From Octopus vulgaris (lineage: Eukaryota): 64,000 nucleotides of DNA. Positions 1-11,128 of the stretch are shown here, piece after piece. The stretch spans positions 187,240,001 to 187,304,000 of the forward strand of contig OX597815.1 in the NCBI GenBank assembly GCA_951406725.2, given 5' to 3'. Made by a program: the position numbers and the translations under genes. Within the stretch, counting starts at the first letter, position 1, and each line of letters begins with the position of its first letter. The notes under the pieces are model-generated. The model ran no database searches. It had not been told where the DNA came from and saw only the letters and a list, made by a program, of their open reading frames with translations.

Positions 1-292
1 ATGATTCTTACATTCTTTGCTGACATTATGACCAGTTGCTTTGCACTTTTTGAAGATACATGCAATAAAAAACATCTCTTCCATGAAAAACAGGTAAGGG
101 TTGGCAATAAGAGTTTCTATCCATGAAAACACCGCCTTAAGTAAATCCCTGTTCAAATCCATGCTAGCATGACAAAATGGATATCAAAGTGTATAAAAAC
201 AAATTTTAAGTGTAAGAACGATATAAAATGAAAAAAGAAGCAGCTTAACTGACTGAGGATGGGAATTTAAAATATACCTGAAACTAAACTGT

Positions 293-1088
293 TTAACACT
301 TTAGCATTGAATCCAGCCACCTGAAACCAAATATTTTACCTGTTTTATGTTCAGACTGACCAGATCCTGCCTATCTCATTTACTCTACAATGTCATTTTG
401 AAAATATATTGGGTTGTCTGGAAAGTTTGTGCCGACTTATAGTAGCTTACCTTTTGACTTTTTTTTAGAACATGGTTGAGTCCATAAAATAGGATTTGAC
501 TACACCTCCATTTAAAGCACAGTTTAAGCTATCTTTTCGTGGAAGAAGGTTTATGTTCCTATAACCTGTGTTAATTCTGTAACCCTTTAAAATGGAAGAT
601 AAGAAAGTTCCTTTTCGGCACTTGATGATTTGGGAACTAGACAAAAATTGCTGCAGCTTGGCTGGGATGTGTTACCCCACCCTCCATATTCACCAGATAT
701 TGCTCCTTTGGATTTCCACTTTTTCAGGTCTTTGCAGAATAGTCTTAATGGTAAAAATTTCAATTCCTTGGTTGACATAAAAAAGATACCTTGAGGAATT
801 CTTTGCCATGAAACCACCTCAATTCTGGGATGAGGGTACTTTCAAGTTAAAGGAAAGATGGAGACGCATTGTGCAACAAAATGGTTCATATTTGGTTGAT
901 TAAAAATGTAATGGCAAGTATTTATTGACCTTTTCTTTCCTTTAAAAATAGGCATGAACTTTCCAGACAACCCAATACAATCACATCATTGAAATCTCAA
1001 TGCTAAAAGATGATAAATGATTAGTTGAAAACAATGTGAATAAATAAAAATTACATTTGACAAAGTAATGCGAATACTAAAGGGTTAA
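293..1088. mobile_element. TTAA-flanked piggyBac-like MITE (family B), interrupted by a mariner element
   Basis: Ends TTAA-CACTTTAGCATT ... AATACTAAAGGG-TTAA; body matches the copies at 2556-2663 and 21100-21328. Confidence 0.7.
409..975 (+). mobile_element. Internally deleted mariner transposon
   Basis: 25-bp TIRs TTGGGTTGTCTGGAAAGTTTGTGCC / GGCATGAACTTTCCAGACAACCCAA, TA target duplication; 652-760 translates to LQLGWDVLPHPPYSPDIAPLDFHFFRSLQNSLNGKNF (mariner YSPDLAP motif). Confidence 0.9.
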
Positions 1089-1141
1089 ACACTAATTTTT
1101 AAGTAGCAACTTCTAAATTAGAAATTCCTCTGGAAAAATTA

Positions 1142-1553
1142 GGCGCAGGAGTGGCTGTGTGGTAAGTAGCTTGTCTACCAACCACATGGTTCTGGGTTCA
1201 GTCCCACTGCGTGGCACCTTGGGCAAGTGTCTTCTACTATAGCCTCGGGTCGACCAAAGCCTTATGGGTGGATTTGGTAGACGGAAACTGAAAGAAGCCT
1301 GTCGTATATATGTATATATATGCATGTGTGTGTTTGTGTGTCTGTGTTTGTCCCCTAGCATTGCTTGACAACCGATGCTGGTGTGTTTATGTCCCCGTTA
1401 CTTAGCGGTTTGGCAAAAGAGACCGATAGAATAAGTACTGGGCTTACAAAAGAATAAGTCCCGGGGTCGAGTTGCTCGATTAAAGGCGGTGCTCCAGCAT
1501 GGCCGCAGTCAAATGACTGAAACAAGTAAAAGAGTAAAAGAGTAAAAAGAGTA
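1142..1553 (+). mobile_element. tRNA-derived CORE-type SINE (family A), full length
   Basis: Pol III A/B-box-like head (TGGCTGTGTGG ... GGTTCAGTCCC), CORE-like ACCTTGGGCAAGT, central (TA/TG)n, (GTAAAAGA)n tail; many copies in the window. Confidence 0.85.
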
Positions 1554-2394
1554 CTTAATTCTTATTAAATGGGAGTGGCAAATAAATTATGATTTATTAC
1601 GTTTGTGAGCCAAGTTTGGTATATGAACATATATTTTAATTGAAGACAGGTGTTCTACAAAATATTATATATTACAAAATGTTATATTTGTAAATATGTG
1701 TAAAATTCAGGTAGTTTTTCTATTTTCCTTGTTCACATATGCATTTTTAAATTGATATCACATCTAACTGTATATAGGAAATTATTCTTCCATCTGCTAA
1801 CTTGGAAAAAAAATAAATAAATGAAGTAAAAACAAAATATTTTAAAACTATTTTGATACTTAATCTTATTAGCAATCCATAAATTAAATTACAAATTAGG
1901 CTTTTGAAATTTGTAAACAATTAGGTACAAATAATGATATGATGAGTAAGTAATTTGCTATGTAAGTATTTCTGAATGCAGTCTATTTGGAATCCGCTAT
2001 TATTTCTCATTTGTGATGGGTTTTTTTCCACTATTTATAAATTGAAGAAATAGCTGCTCACTTTTATGGGTTTTTTTTTTCTTTCTTTTGATGGAATGAT
2101 TTCCATTGGAAAATTTAGAAAATAGCTGTACTACTAATGTGAAATAAATAAAACGAAAAATGCCTTAATGAAAGAATGAGTAAAAAAACAAATACCTAAC
2201 TGTCTTACTGTTTGGAATAATAAATTACTGACCTTCACTGCATAAATACAGAAATAAATGACAAGAAAAGGTGTAATTTATAGTGTTGTTTTACATATTT
2301 ATATTTAAAAATTAGTTCATTGTGTAGCTTAGAAACATAATATTTCATTATAAATATTTCAAAATAATATTGATTCTCCTTGTTTTATTTTCAG

Positions 2395-2415
2395 TGCCAT
2401 ATTTGGATAAAAAAA
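2395..2415 (+). other. Candidate 21-nt microexon
   Basis: ttctccttgttttattttcag|TGCCATATTTGGATAAAAAAA|gtgagt; length divisible by 3; lies in non-repeat DNA. Confidence 0.35.
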
Positions 2416-2665
2416 GTGAGTAAATAAAGAGCGTCTATAGATAGAAATTATTTCTATAATGGGAAAGAAAATTAGCAGCAGATAGGATACTCAATAGTCT
2501 GAGATCTTTTACTGTAAGAAAACTGAAATGGTCAAAGTGAAGGACACGCATCTGTTTAACTCTTTAATATTTAAACCAAACCAAATCCAAGTCAAATATT
2601 CTACCTATTTTATGGGCAAATGTACCAGATCCTGCCTCTCAGCCAACTCTACAATGTCATTCTAT

Positions 2666-2829
2666 GGCATAAGTGTGGCTGTGTGGTAAGATGATTGCTT
2701 CCCAACCACATGGTTCTAGGTTCAGTCCCACTGCATGGCACCTTGGACAAGTGTCTTCTATTATAGCCTCAGGCTGACAAAAAGCCTTGTGAGTGGATTT
2801 AGTAAACGAAAACTGAAAGAAGCCTGTTG

Positions 2830-2865
<36 letters not shown>

Positions 2866-3094
2866 TGTATGTATGTATGTATGTATGTATGTATGTATGT
2901 ATGTATATCTATGTGTGTGTCTTTCTGTCTATGCTTACTAGCACTTGACAACTGGTGTTAGTGTGTTTGCATCCCATAACTTAGTGGTTCAGCAAAAGAG
3001 ACTGCTAAAATAAGTACCAGGCTTAAAAAATAAGTACTGGGGTCAATCCATTCAACTGGGGGCCACCGTCACATGACTGAAACAAATAAAAAGA
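2666..3094 (+). mobile_element. CORE-type SINE (family A)
   Basis: Same head, CORE and tail as 1142-1553, with internal (TATG)n. Confidence 0.8.
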
Positions 3095-3107
3095 ACAAGA
3101 TATGAAT

Positions 3108-3547
3108 TATTCTTTTCTACTCTAGGCACAAGGCCCGAAATTTTGGGGGCGGGAGCCAGTTGATTAGATCAATCCCAGTATGCAACTGGTACTTAATTTA
3201 TCGACCCCAAAAGGATGAAAGGCAAAGTCGACCACAGCGGAATTTGAACTCAGAACATAAAGACAGATGAAATACTGCTAAGCATTTTGTCCGGCATGCT
3301 AACATTTCTGCCAGCTCACTGCCTTCTATATTCTTTTCTACTCGAGGCACAAGGCCCGAAATTTTGGGGGAGGGGGACCAGTCGATTAGATCGACCCCAG
3401 TATGCAACTAGTACTTAATTTATCGACCCCAAAAGGATGAAAGGCAAAGTTGACCTCGGCAGAATTTGAACTCAGGATGTAAAGACAGACAAAATACTGC
3501 TAAGAATTTCACCCAGCATGCTAACATTTGTGCCAGCTCGCCGCCTT
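3108..3547 (-). mobile_element. Two tandem Meta-domain-like SINEs (family B)
   Basis: Each carries GACTTTGCCTTTCATCCTTT.GGGGTCGATAAATTAAGTAC on the minus strand and ends CCTAGAGTAGAAAAGAAT or a close variant. Confidence 0.8.
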
Positions 3548-3709
3548 ATAAAGATATGTATTATTGTTTGAAATAGATTACTGGTGTATTATAAATCCAA
3601 GTAAAAGAAATTAATTATCTTTGGAAAGGATTAAACAGTTTAAAACTAATTAATTCTGGCATCAAGGTCATATAGAGTATATATTTCCAATATGTTCATC
3701 CCCACTTTA

Positions 3710-4180
3710 AGCTGTCAAGCTGGCAGAATTGTTAACGTTCCTGGGAAAATGCTAAGTGGCATGTCTTCTGACTTCCCATTCGGAGCTCAAATTCCACCGG
3801 GGTCAACTTCACTTTTTATCCTTTCTGGATCAATAAAATATCAGTTGAGCACTGGGGGTGAAATAATTGAATTACCCCCATCCCCCACCTGAAAATGCTG
3901 GCCTTGAGCCAAAATTTGAAATTATTGTTGTTGTTGTTGTTATTTTTATTATTATCATTATTAAAGCATTGAGCTGGCAGAATCATTAACATGCTGGGTA
4001 AAAATGCTAAGTGGCATTTTTTTACCTGACTTTACGTTCTGAGTTCAAATTCGACCAGAGTCAACTTTGCCTTTCATCCTTTCTGGGTTGATAAAATAAA
4101 TACCAGTTGAGCACTGGGGTTGATATAATCAACTTACCCACTCCTCCAAAATTACTGGCCTTGCGCCAAAATTTGAAACC
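3710..4180 (+). mobile_element. Two diverged family B SINEs
   Basis: GCTGGCAGAAT head and CTTT(C/T)ATCCTTT...ATAAAATA...CAGTTGAGCACTGGGG body, present twice. Confidence 0.7.
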
Positions 4181-4240
4181 AACATTTACCTTCCCTTAAT
4201 CTCCAAAATTTCCCTACGCCATGTCCAATTTCAATTACAA

Positions 4241-5134
4241 TTAACCCTTTCATTACTGTATTTATTTTGAGATGCTCCGTGTTTCTTTCAATTATTTTAC
4301 ATATAACTAAGAATTTAGTAAAATGACTTAGTTATCATTAAGCTAGTGTTAGGAACATAAATTGTGACTAAGGTTTGGTGGAAGATTTTAATTCAAAACT
4401 TATGAAAACAAGACATTTGTACTACAGAGCCAGAGGTGGTTTCAGCCGGGTTGGTATCAAAAAGGTTAAATGCTAAAGTGTTAATCTCTTAACCTGCACA
4501 AAGACACTCCCTTCAGTGCTTCTTCATCTCCCAGTTGAGGGCTTATTGTCTTGCAATTTACTTGGTACCACATACAAAGTACCAGTGCTAATGCCACATA
4601 CAGAGCACCCAGTGCACTCTTTAACCCTTTTGATATGATATTTCTGTTGAGATACTCTCTGTTTCTTTCAATTAATTTCTTATATAAAATCCATACTGTC
4701 TGTTTGTGTGTGTGTGTGGCCTCTAGGATCTCGGGCATCCTCCATCCGATTGCACTCAAATTTGATGTGTAGATACCGACAGTATCAGGGCATGTATAAA
4801 TCTTGAAAACATTACAAAAATCGATTCCAGGTGAGAATGCGATCGATAAAGCCGTGGGAAATCGTTTTTCTTTGGAATAGAAAAAAAAGTCTATCTTTAT
4901 TTCTTCTTTTGCTGGTGTCTCAAATTTAGGTTAAATCGGTGTTTCTCAAAGGGGAGGCTTATGGGACGGTCGGACAAGTTGTTTTGAGAAAATTTGGTTT
5001 AAATGTTTGACAACTCAGCACCGTCCATTGGACAGGGGGCGTTTTGCTCATTCTGAATATAACAAAGTAAAATGACTTAGTTATCATTAAGCTAGTGTTT
5101 GAAACATAAATTATGACTAAGGTTTGGTGGAAGA
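4241..5134 (+). mobile_element. piggyBac-like MITE heterodimer (family A) with 151-bp spacer; second unit interrupted and truncated
   Basis: Unit 1 4241-4469 TTAACCCTTT...AAAGGTTAA; spacer 4470-4620; unit 2 starts TTAACCCTTT at 4621. Confidence 0.8.
4678..5050 (+). mobile_element. Probable non-autonomous Helitron inserted into the MITE
   Basis: Starts TCTTATATAAAA, subterminal hairpin GTCCA-T-TGGAC, ends TGCTCA|T; the MITE sequence resumes directly afterwards. Confidence 0.55.
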
Positions 5135-5487
5135 GTTTGTAAGTAAATTATGTAGGTTAGAAGTACTCAAATGTTCATAGCTCAGTGCTCTTCTTCAATG
5201 GATGTTGTTTTCAAACCATTGCCTTTCACACATTTTGAAGGAAAATAAAAAATAAATAAATCTAGGTTATTTTCATCAAACAGAAGCTAAATCTATGCAG
5301 CAGTTTATTTACCCACTATGTTGAATTTTTATGGAAACTACCAAAGAATGTGAAAACTTATATAACAAAATTATGTCGAATTTTGGCACATCATCAGTTA
5401 CGTTTCTTCTCATACGAATCATGTTCTAATTTTGACAATTTTTTTTTTTAAATGTGTTGAAAATATAAATAACTATTATAACTAATA

Positions 5488-6094
5488 TTCTTTAATTTGT
5501 TTCAGTCATTTGACTGCAGCTATGCTGGAGCACCACCTTTAGTCAAACGAATCAACCCCAGGACTTATTCTTTGTAAACCTAATACTTATTCTATCGGCC
5601 TCTTTTGCCGAACCGCTAATTTACGGGGAAGTAAACACACAAACACACACACACACACACACACATACACACACCACACACACATACATGCATATATATA
5701 TATATATATATACATATATAAGTTCAGTAAAAATTTAGATTCAGTTGAATATGGTACTTAAGTTAAAGGCACCAGAATTTAGTATGGTATTATCCATACA
5801 ATTCAAAATGGGGTGATTATAATCAAAATAAGCAACAAGGATATTCAGAGGTAATGCAGTACGATTGTTTCATGTGACTCCATTTAATTGAACAATGCAA
5901 GTTTTAAAATGTAGAGCAATCTATTTTGATTATATATATATATATATATATATATGATGGGCTTCTTTCAGTTTCTGTCTACCAAATCCACTCACAAGGC
6001 TTTGGTTGGCCCGAGACTATAGTAGAAGACACTTGCCCAAGGTGTCACGCAGTGGAACTGAACCCAGAACCATGTAGTTGGTAAGCAAGCTACT
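5488..6094 (-). mobile_element. CORE-type SINE (family A) with a secondary insertion in its central microsatellite
   Basis: Reverse-complement head and tail; unrelated sequence 5720-5930 between (TA)n runs. Confidence 0.75.
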
Positions 6095-6840
6095 TTATTT
6101 CATTTCATTTGCCATAGAGGCAGTACAAAGATCCTTTCGGGGTTGATAAAGTAAGTACCAGTTGCATACTGGAGTCGGTCTAATTGACTGGCCCCTCCCC
6201 CAAAATTTCGGGCCTTGTGCCTAGAGTAAAAAATAATTGTTAGCACGCCGGGCGAAATGCTTAGCAGTATTTCATCTGCCATTACATTCTGAATTCAAAT
6301 TCCGCCGAGGTTGACTTTGCCTTTCATCCTTTCGGAGTTGATGTAACCGACTTAATCCCTTTGTCTGTCCTTGTTTGTCCCTTCTATGTTGAGCCCCCTG
6401 TGGACAATAAAGAAATAAATATTTTAAACATTTAAAAATCTGTTGCATTAATTTACAAATACTCTACATTCTTAGAAATGAGTAAATGTGTAAAATCCAG
6501 TACTTTTCGCAAAAGAAAGATATTAGCAGTGAAAGTAAAATGAAATAACTTTAATGAGGAATTGAAACCACATGAATTTCCAGAAGTTTATCTCTTACTC
6601 TTCAGTAATTGCTACAAGTATCAAACCATGAAAAGACATTATGTAATGAATGGAAGTTGATTTATAAACAGTCTTTTGTCCATATTCGCCCAATACTAAT
6701 GGTTGTGATTGCTTGGGATCATTTCATAAACGTTACCATCTTATTCCATTTGTCAACAATGGCATTCTTGAGTATATTACTTCTTATTTCATCAAAAATC
6801 TTAATTTAAACCATTTTGAGTGTTGCAACAATACCACAAT

Positions 6841-7259
6841 CAGGGCCAAAGTAAAATCCATAGCGGCCCTAAGCACTTAAAAGATTTCAGTGCCTTATGT
6901 ATATGTAATTCAAAAAAATGCACAACAATAAATCATAAAATAAGTTTTTATTTTTCAAAATGAAACTAAACCAACAGTAAAATGGAATATAACGTTTATT
7001 TTTGTATATTTCCACATTATTTATATTTGAAAAAATTTTCTTACATTTTTTAATTGCAAAGTCTTTGATCAGATCCTCAAAATTAATCTTACATAACACA
7101 TCTTTTATATTTACTAGAGACAAGGCATCCTGATTATTATTTTAGCAAGTTTGAAGTGATTTCTTTTGTGCCATAAACCATTTACCATTTCTGTGGCACC
7201 CTGCTTCTCTTACTGCCCTAAGTATGTGCTTATTTTGCTTAATGGTTAATCTAGCTCTG
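6841..7259 (-). mobile_element. Non-autonomous hAT element with transposase C-terminal remnant
   Basis: Imperfect TIRs CAGGGCCAAAGTA / TAATCTAGCTCTG, 8-bp TSD ACCACAAT/ATCACAAT; minus ORF ...DVLCKINFEDLIKDFAIKK resembles the end of the hAT dimerisation domain. Confidence 0.7.
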
Positions 7260-7415
7260 ATCACAATATACATACAGACAACAGACTCACAAAACACATT
7301 CTTTCTGTCTGCATTTAAAATTTTTCATATAGTTTGCAAAGACCAGTTTATTTTATCTAATCAAATATGTTCAGTGCAGATGTGTGTCTGTCTCTCTGTT
7401 CATCTAATCTCTCTC

Positions 7416-7448
<33 letters not shown>

Positions 7449-7496
7449 GTGTGCGTGTATGTGAGTGTGTGTATACATGCATGTGTATGTGTGTGT

Positions 7497-7545
<49 letters not shown>

Positions 7546-7780
7546 AGAGAGAGAGAGAGAGAGAGAGAGAGTACCGCAATGAATCGTGCTGAGGGCACGT
7601 AACAAACACCATCCGAGCGTCCTCCGCCAGCCTCACCGGAAATAGATATCTGACTCACTAGAAAAAAAACACCATCCGAGCAGTTAAAATCACCCACTAC
7701 ACTCTGGAGTGGTTGGCGTTAGGAAGCCACTAATTGTTGGCCTGGTGCAATTCTGAAAGTGATTGAAAAATAAGGTAAAA

Positions 7781-8020
7781 GTTTTTATTTTATTATTCAA
7801 TCACTTTCGGAATTGCAACAATTGTAGTGGCTTGGGGTTTAACTGCTCTTTCTAGTGAGTCAGATATCCTATTTCCTGGGTATCTCATGTGTTTGAATGA
7901 ACACTGTATTCTTCTCTGAATAATGTATAGTCTATGGACTAATTTTTTCTTTCTCGCTAGACCACTGGTAGCTAGGAAATTTTTCGATAAATATTCTTGC
8001 TACCCTAAGATTTTAATTAA
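7781..8020 (-). repeat. (TA)n-associated element with inverted terminal copy; same family as 28981-29265 and 54250-54390
   Basis: Reverse complement shares AGGGTA..., ACCAGTG..CTAGC, TAGACTATA.ATTATTCA, ATACAGTGT, CAGTTAAA..CCAA.CCACTA with 28981-29210. Confidence 0.65.
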
Positions 8021-8056
8021 TATATATATATACATATATATAAAATGATAAATAGG

Positions 8057-8110
<54 letters not shown>

Positions 8111-8313
8111 GATAAATAGGTTAATATATATATATATATATATCATCATCATCATCATCATTTAGCGTCCGTTTTCCATGCTAGCATGGGTTGGACGGTT
8201 CAACTGGGGTCTGGGGAGCCCGAAGGCTGCACCAGGCCAGTCAGATCTGGCAGTGTTTCTACAGCTGGATGCCCTTCCTAACGCCAACCACTCCGAGAGT
8301 GTAGTGGGTGATT

Positions 8314-8560
8314 TTATGTGCCACCGACACAGGTGCCAGACGAGGCTGGCGAACGGCCACGCTCGGATGGTGTTTTTATGTGCCACCGACACAGGTGCCA
8401 GACGAGGCTGGCAGACGGCCACGCTCGGATGGTGTTTTTATGTGCCACCGACACAGGTGCCAGACGAGGCTGGCAGACGGCCACGCTCGGATGGTGTTTT
8501 TATGTGCCACCGACACAGGTGCCAGATGAGGCTGGCGGACGGCCACGATCGGATGGTGTT
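8314..8560. repeat. 62-bp tandem repeat (about 4 units) in the RTE 3' UTR
   Basis: GTGCCACCGACACAGGTGCCAGA starts at 8318, 8380, 8442 and 8504. Confidence 0.9.
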
Positions 8561-9869
8561 TGTTACGTCCCCAAAGCACGGAGGCCAGTCTATGCGGTAC
8601 TGGCTACGGCCACGTTCGGATGATTTTCTTGTGTGCCACCGGCACTGGTACCACAAAGATACAAATTCCATTTATGTTCATCTATTTTGATTTGATTTGA
8701 TTTGATTTTCACTTGCCTCAACAGGTCTTCACAAGTGTCACAAGAAGGAAGGTATGCACAGGTGGACTGTCTACGTCGCCGGGTCTTCGGATGGTGTCTT
8801 TATGTGCCACCGACACAGGTGCCAGATGTGGCTGGCGAACGGCCACGATCGGATGGTTTTCTTGTGTGCCACCGGTACTGGAACCACAAAGATACAAATT
8901 CCATTGATGTTCATCTATTTTGATTTGGTTTGATTTTGATTTTGATTTTCACTTGCCTCAACAGGTCTTCACAAGTGTCACGCGTGTCACACACTTGCCT
9001 CAACAGGTCTCCACAAGTGTCACACACTTGCCTCTGCCTCAACAGGTCTTCACAAAGTGTCACACACTTGCCTCTGCCTCAACAGGTCTTCACAAGTGTC
9101 ATAAGAGGGAAGGTATGCACAGGTGGACTGACTACGTCGCCGGGTCTTTGGATGGTGTTTTTATGTGCCACCGACACAGGTGCCAGGTGAGGCTGGCGAA
9201 CGGCCACGATCAGATGGTGTTTGTTGTGCCCACAGCACGGAGGCCAGTCGATGCGGTACCAGCTACGGCCACGTTCGGATGGTTTTCTTGTGTGCCACCT
9301 GTACTGGAACCACAAAGATACAAATTCCATTGATATTCATCTATTTTGATTTGGTTTGATTTTCACTTGCCTCAACAGGTCTTCACAAGGGTCACACACT
9401 TGCCTCAACAGGTCTCCACCAGTGTCACACACTTGCCTCTGCCTCAATAGGTCTTCACAAGTGTCACACACTTGCCTCAACAGGTCTTCACAAGTGTCAT
9501 AAGAGGGAAGGTATGCACAGGTGGACTGACTACGTCGCCGGGTCTTCGGATGGTGTCTTTATGTGCCACCGGCACAGGTGCCAGATGAGGCTGGCGAACG
9601 GCCACGATCGGATGGTGTTTGTTGTGCCCACAGCACGGAGGCCAGTCGATGCGGTACTGGTTACGGCCACGTTTGGGTGGTTTTCTTGTGTGCCACCGGC
9701 ACTGGTACCACAAAGAATACAATTCCACTGATGTTCATCTATTTGATTTGTTTTGATTTGATTTGATTTGATTTTCACTTGCCTCAACAGGTCTTCATAA
9801 GTGTCACAAGAAGGAAGGTATGCACAGGACTGACTACGTCCCAGGTCGGGGCCACGGGTTATGGCCTGA

Positions 9870-10304
9870 CTAGTCTTGCCGGGTCTTCTCATGCACAGCA
9901 TACTTCCATAGGTCTCGGTCTCTAGACATTTCCTTAGTGAGACCTAAAGTTCGAAGGTCGTGCTTCACCACCTCGTCCCAGGTTTTCCTGGGTCTACCTC
10001 TTCCACAGGTTCCCTCCACTGCTAGGGTGTAGCACTTTTGCACACAACTATCTTCAGCCTTTCTTGTCACATGACCATACCAGCGCAGCCGTCTCTCTTG
10101 CACGCCACAACTGACGCTTCTTAGGTTCAGCTTTTCTCTCAAGGAACTTACACTCTGACGATTATGAACACTGACATTACACATCCATCGGAGCATACTG
10201 GCTTCATTTCTTGCGAGCTTACGCATATCCTCAGCAGTCACGGCCCATGTTTCACTACCATGTAGCATGGCTGTACGTACACATGCATCATACAGTCTGC
10301 CTTG
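9870..10304 (-). pseudogene. RTE LINE reverse transcriptase C-terminal fragment
   Basis: LYDACVRTAMLHGSETW...RRLRWYGHV.R...GRGRPRKTW...DRDLW motifs typical of RTE ORFs; no stops over about 144 codons. Confidence 0.9.
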
Positions 10305-10461
10305 ATGCAAACAAGCTTCTTTCAGTTTCCGTCTACCAAATCCACTCACAAGGCCCCGGTCGGCCCGAGGCTATAGTAGAAGACACTGAACCCCGAACCA
10401 TGCAGTTGGTAAGCAAGCCACTTACCACACAGCCACTCCTACACCCATAAAAAGGTAGGCA

Positions 10462-10503
10462 TCCCCGTGCTAGGAATTGAACCCGGGCTGCCTGGATGAA
10501 AAC
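10462..10503 (-). pseudogene. 3' half of tRNA-Glu(TTC)
   Basis: Minus strand GTTTTCATCCAGGCAGCCCGGGTTCAATTCCTAGCACGGGGA resembles the anticodon loop to acceptor end of tRNA-Glu, followed by a T5 run (10449-10453); 5' half absent. Confidence 0.65.
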
Positions 10504-10947
10504 AAATTAACATTTACAATAAAATTTTGCTCTGCATTACAAACCTTTGCTCTAACTCTAACCCCATGATACCTTCATGGTTTGCTATGGCAAAATATAA
10601 CTTGCACATTGCAAGTGTCTGTCAGATGGAACAAATCTGATTGACGACAATTATTGTCTCAAAAACAAGCATGGGTTTCCATAATATTAAGAACAGATAA
10701 ATCTGACTGGCTAAAATTTCAGTCTTTACAGTTTTGTAACTTTTTTTTGTGGTAAATCTCTCATAAATAATTATGATTATGGTATTTGGTATGCAAAACT
10801 ACATCTGTGTTGATAATTTTAATAAAATCAGATCATGTGTACCAAGTTGAAACGCTCTGTCTATTCTAGTAGCTACCAATCTGGATTCATGAATATTTTA
10901 TCAGGGTTCAGAAAGAGAAGGAGTTTTAACAGGATTATTCAGTAATA

Positions 10948-11112
10948 GGTGCTGGAGTGGATGTATGGTAACTAGCTTGCTCACCAACCACATAGTTCCG
11001 TGTTCAGTCCCACTATGTGGCACTTTGGGCAAGTGTCTTCTACTATAGCCTCGGGCCGACCAAAGCCCTGCGAGTGGATTTGGTAGACGGAAACTGAAAG
11101 AAGCCCGCCGTA
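10948..11112 (+). mobile_element. CORE-type SINE 5' half
   Basis: Family A head and CORE ending at (TA)n, abutting the RTE tail; a minus-strand 5' half lies at 10313-10446. Confidence 0.75.
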
Positions 11113-11128
11113 TATATATATATATATA

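Larger units (their letters stand above)
8143..10304 (-). mobile_element. 5'-truncated RTE-clade LINE with a 1.7-kb repeat-expanded 3' UTR and (ATG)n tail
   Basis: RT C-terminal ORF, then tandem modules, then CCAACCCATGCTAGCATGGAAAACGGACGCTAAA(TGA)n. Confidence 0.88.

Noticed and set aside
1142-1210. SINE heads as tRNA genes
   Set aside because: They have A/B-box-like motifs but no complete cloverleaf and continue into SINE bodies
7224-7697. YI/CV/HT-repeat ORFs here and throughout the window
   Set aside because: Products of (TA)n, (TG)n and (TATG)n microsatellites
8314-9800. Regular repeats resembling a CRISPR array
   Set aside because: Units are contiguous tandem repeats without unique spacers, lie in a LINE 3' UTR, and there are no cas genes; the DNA is eukaryotic
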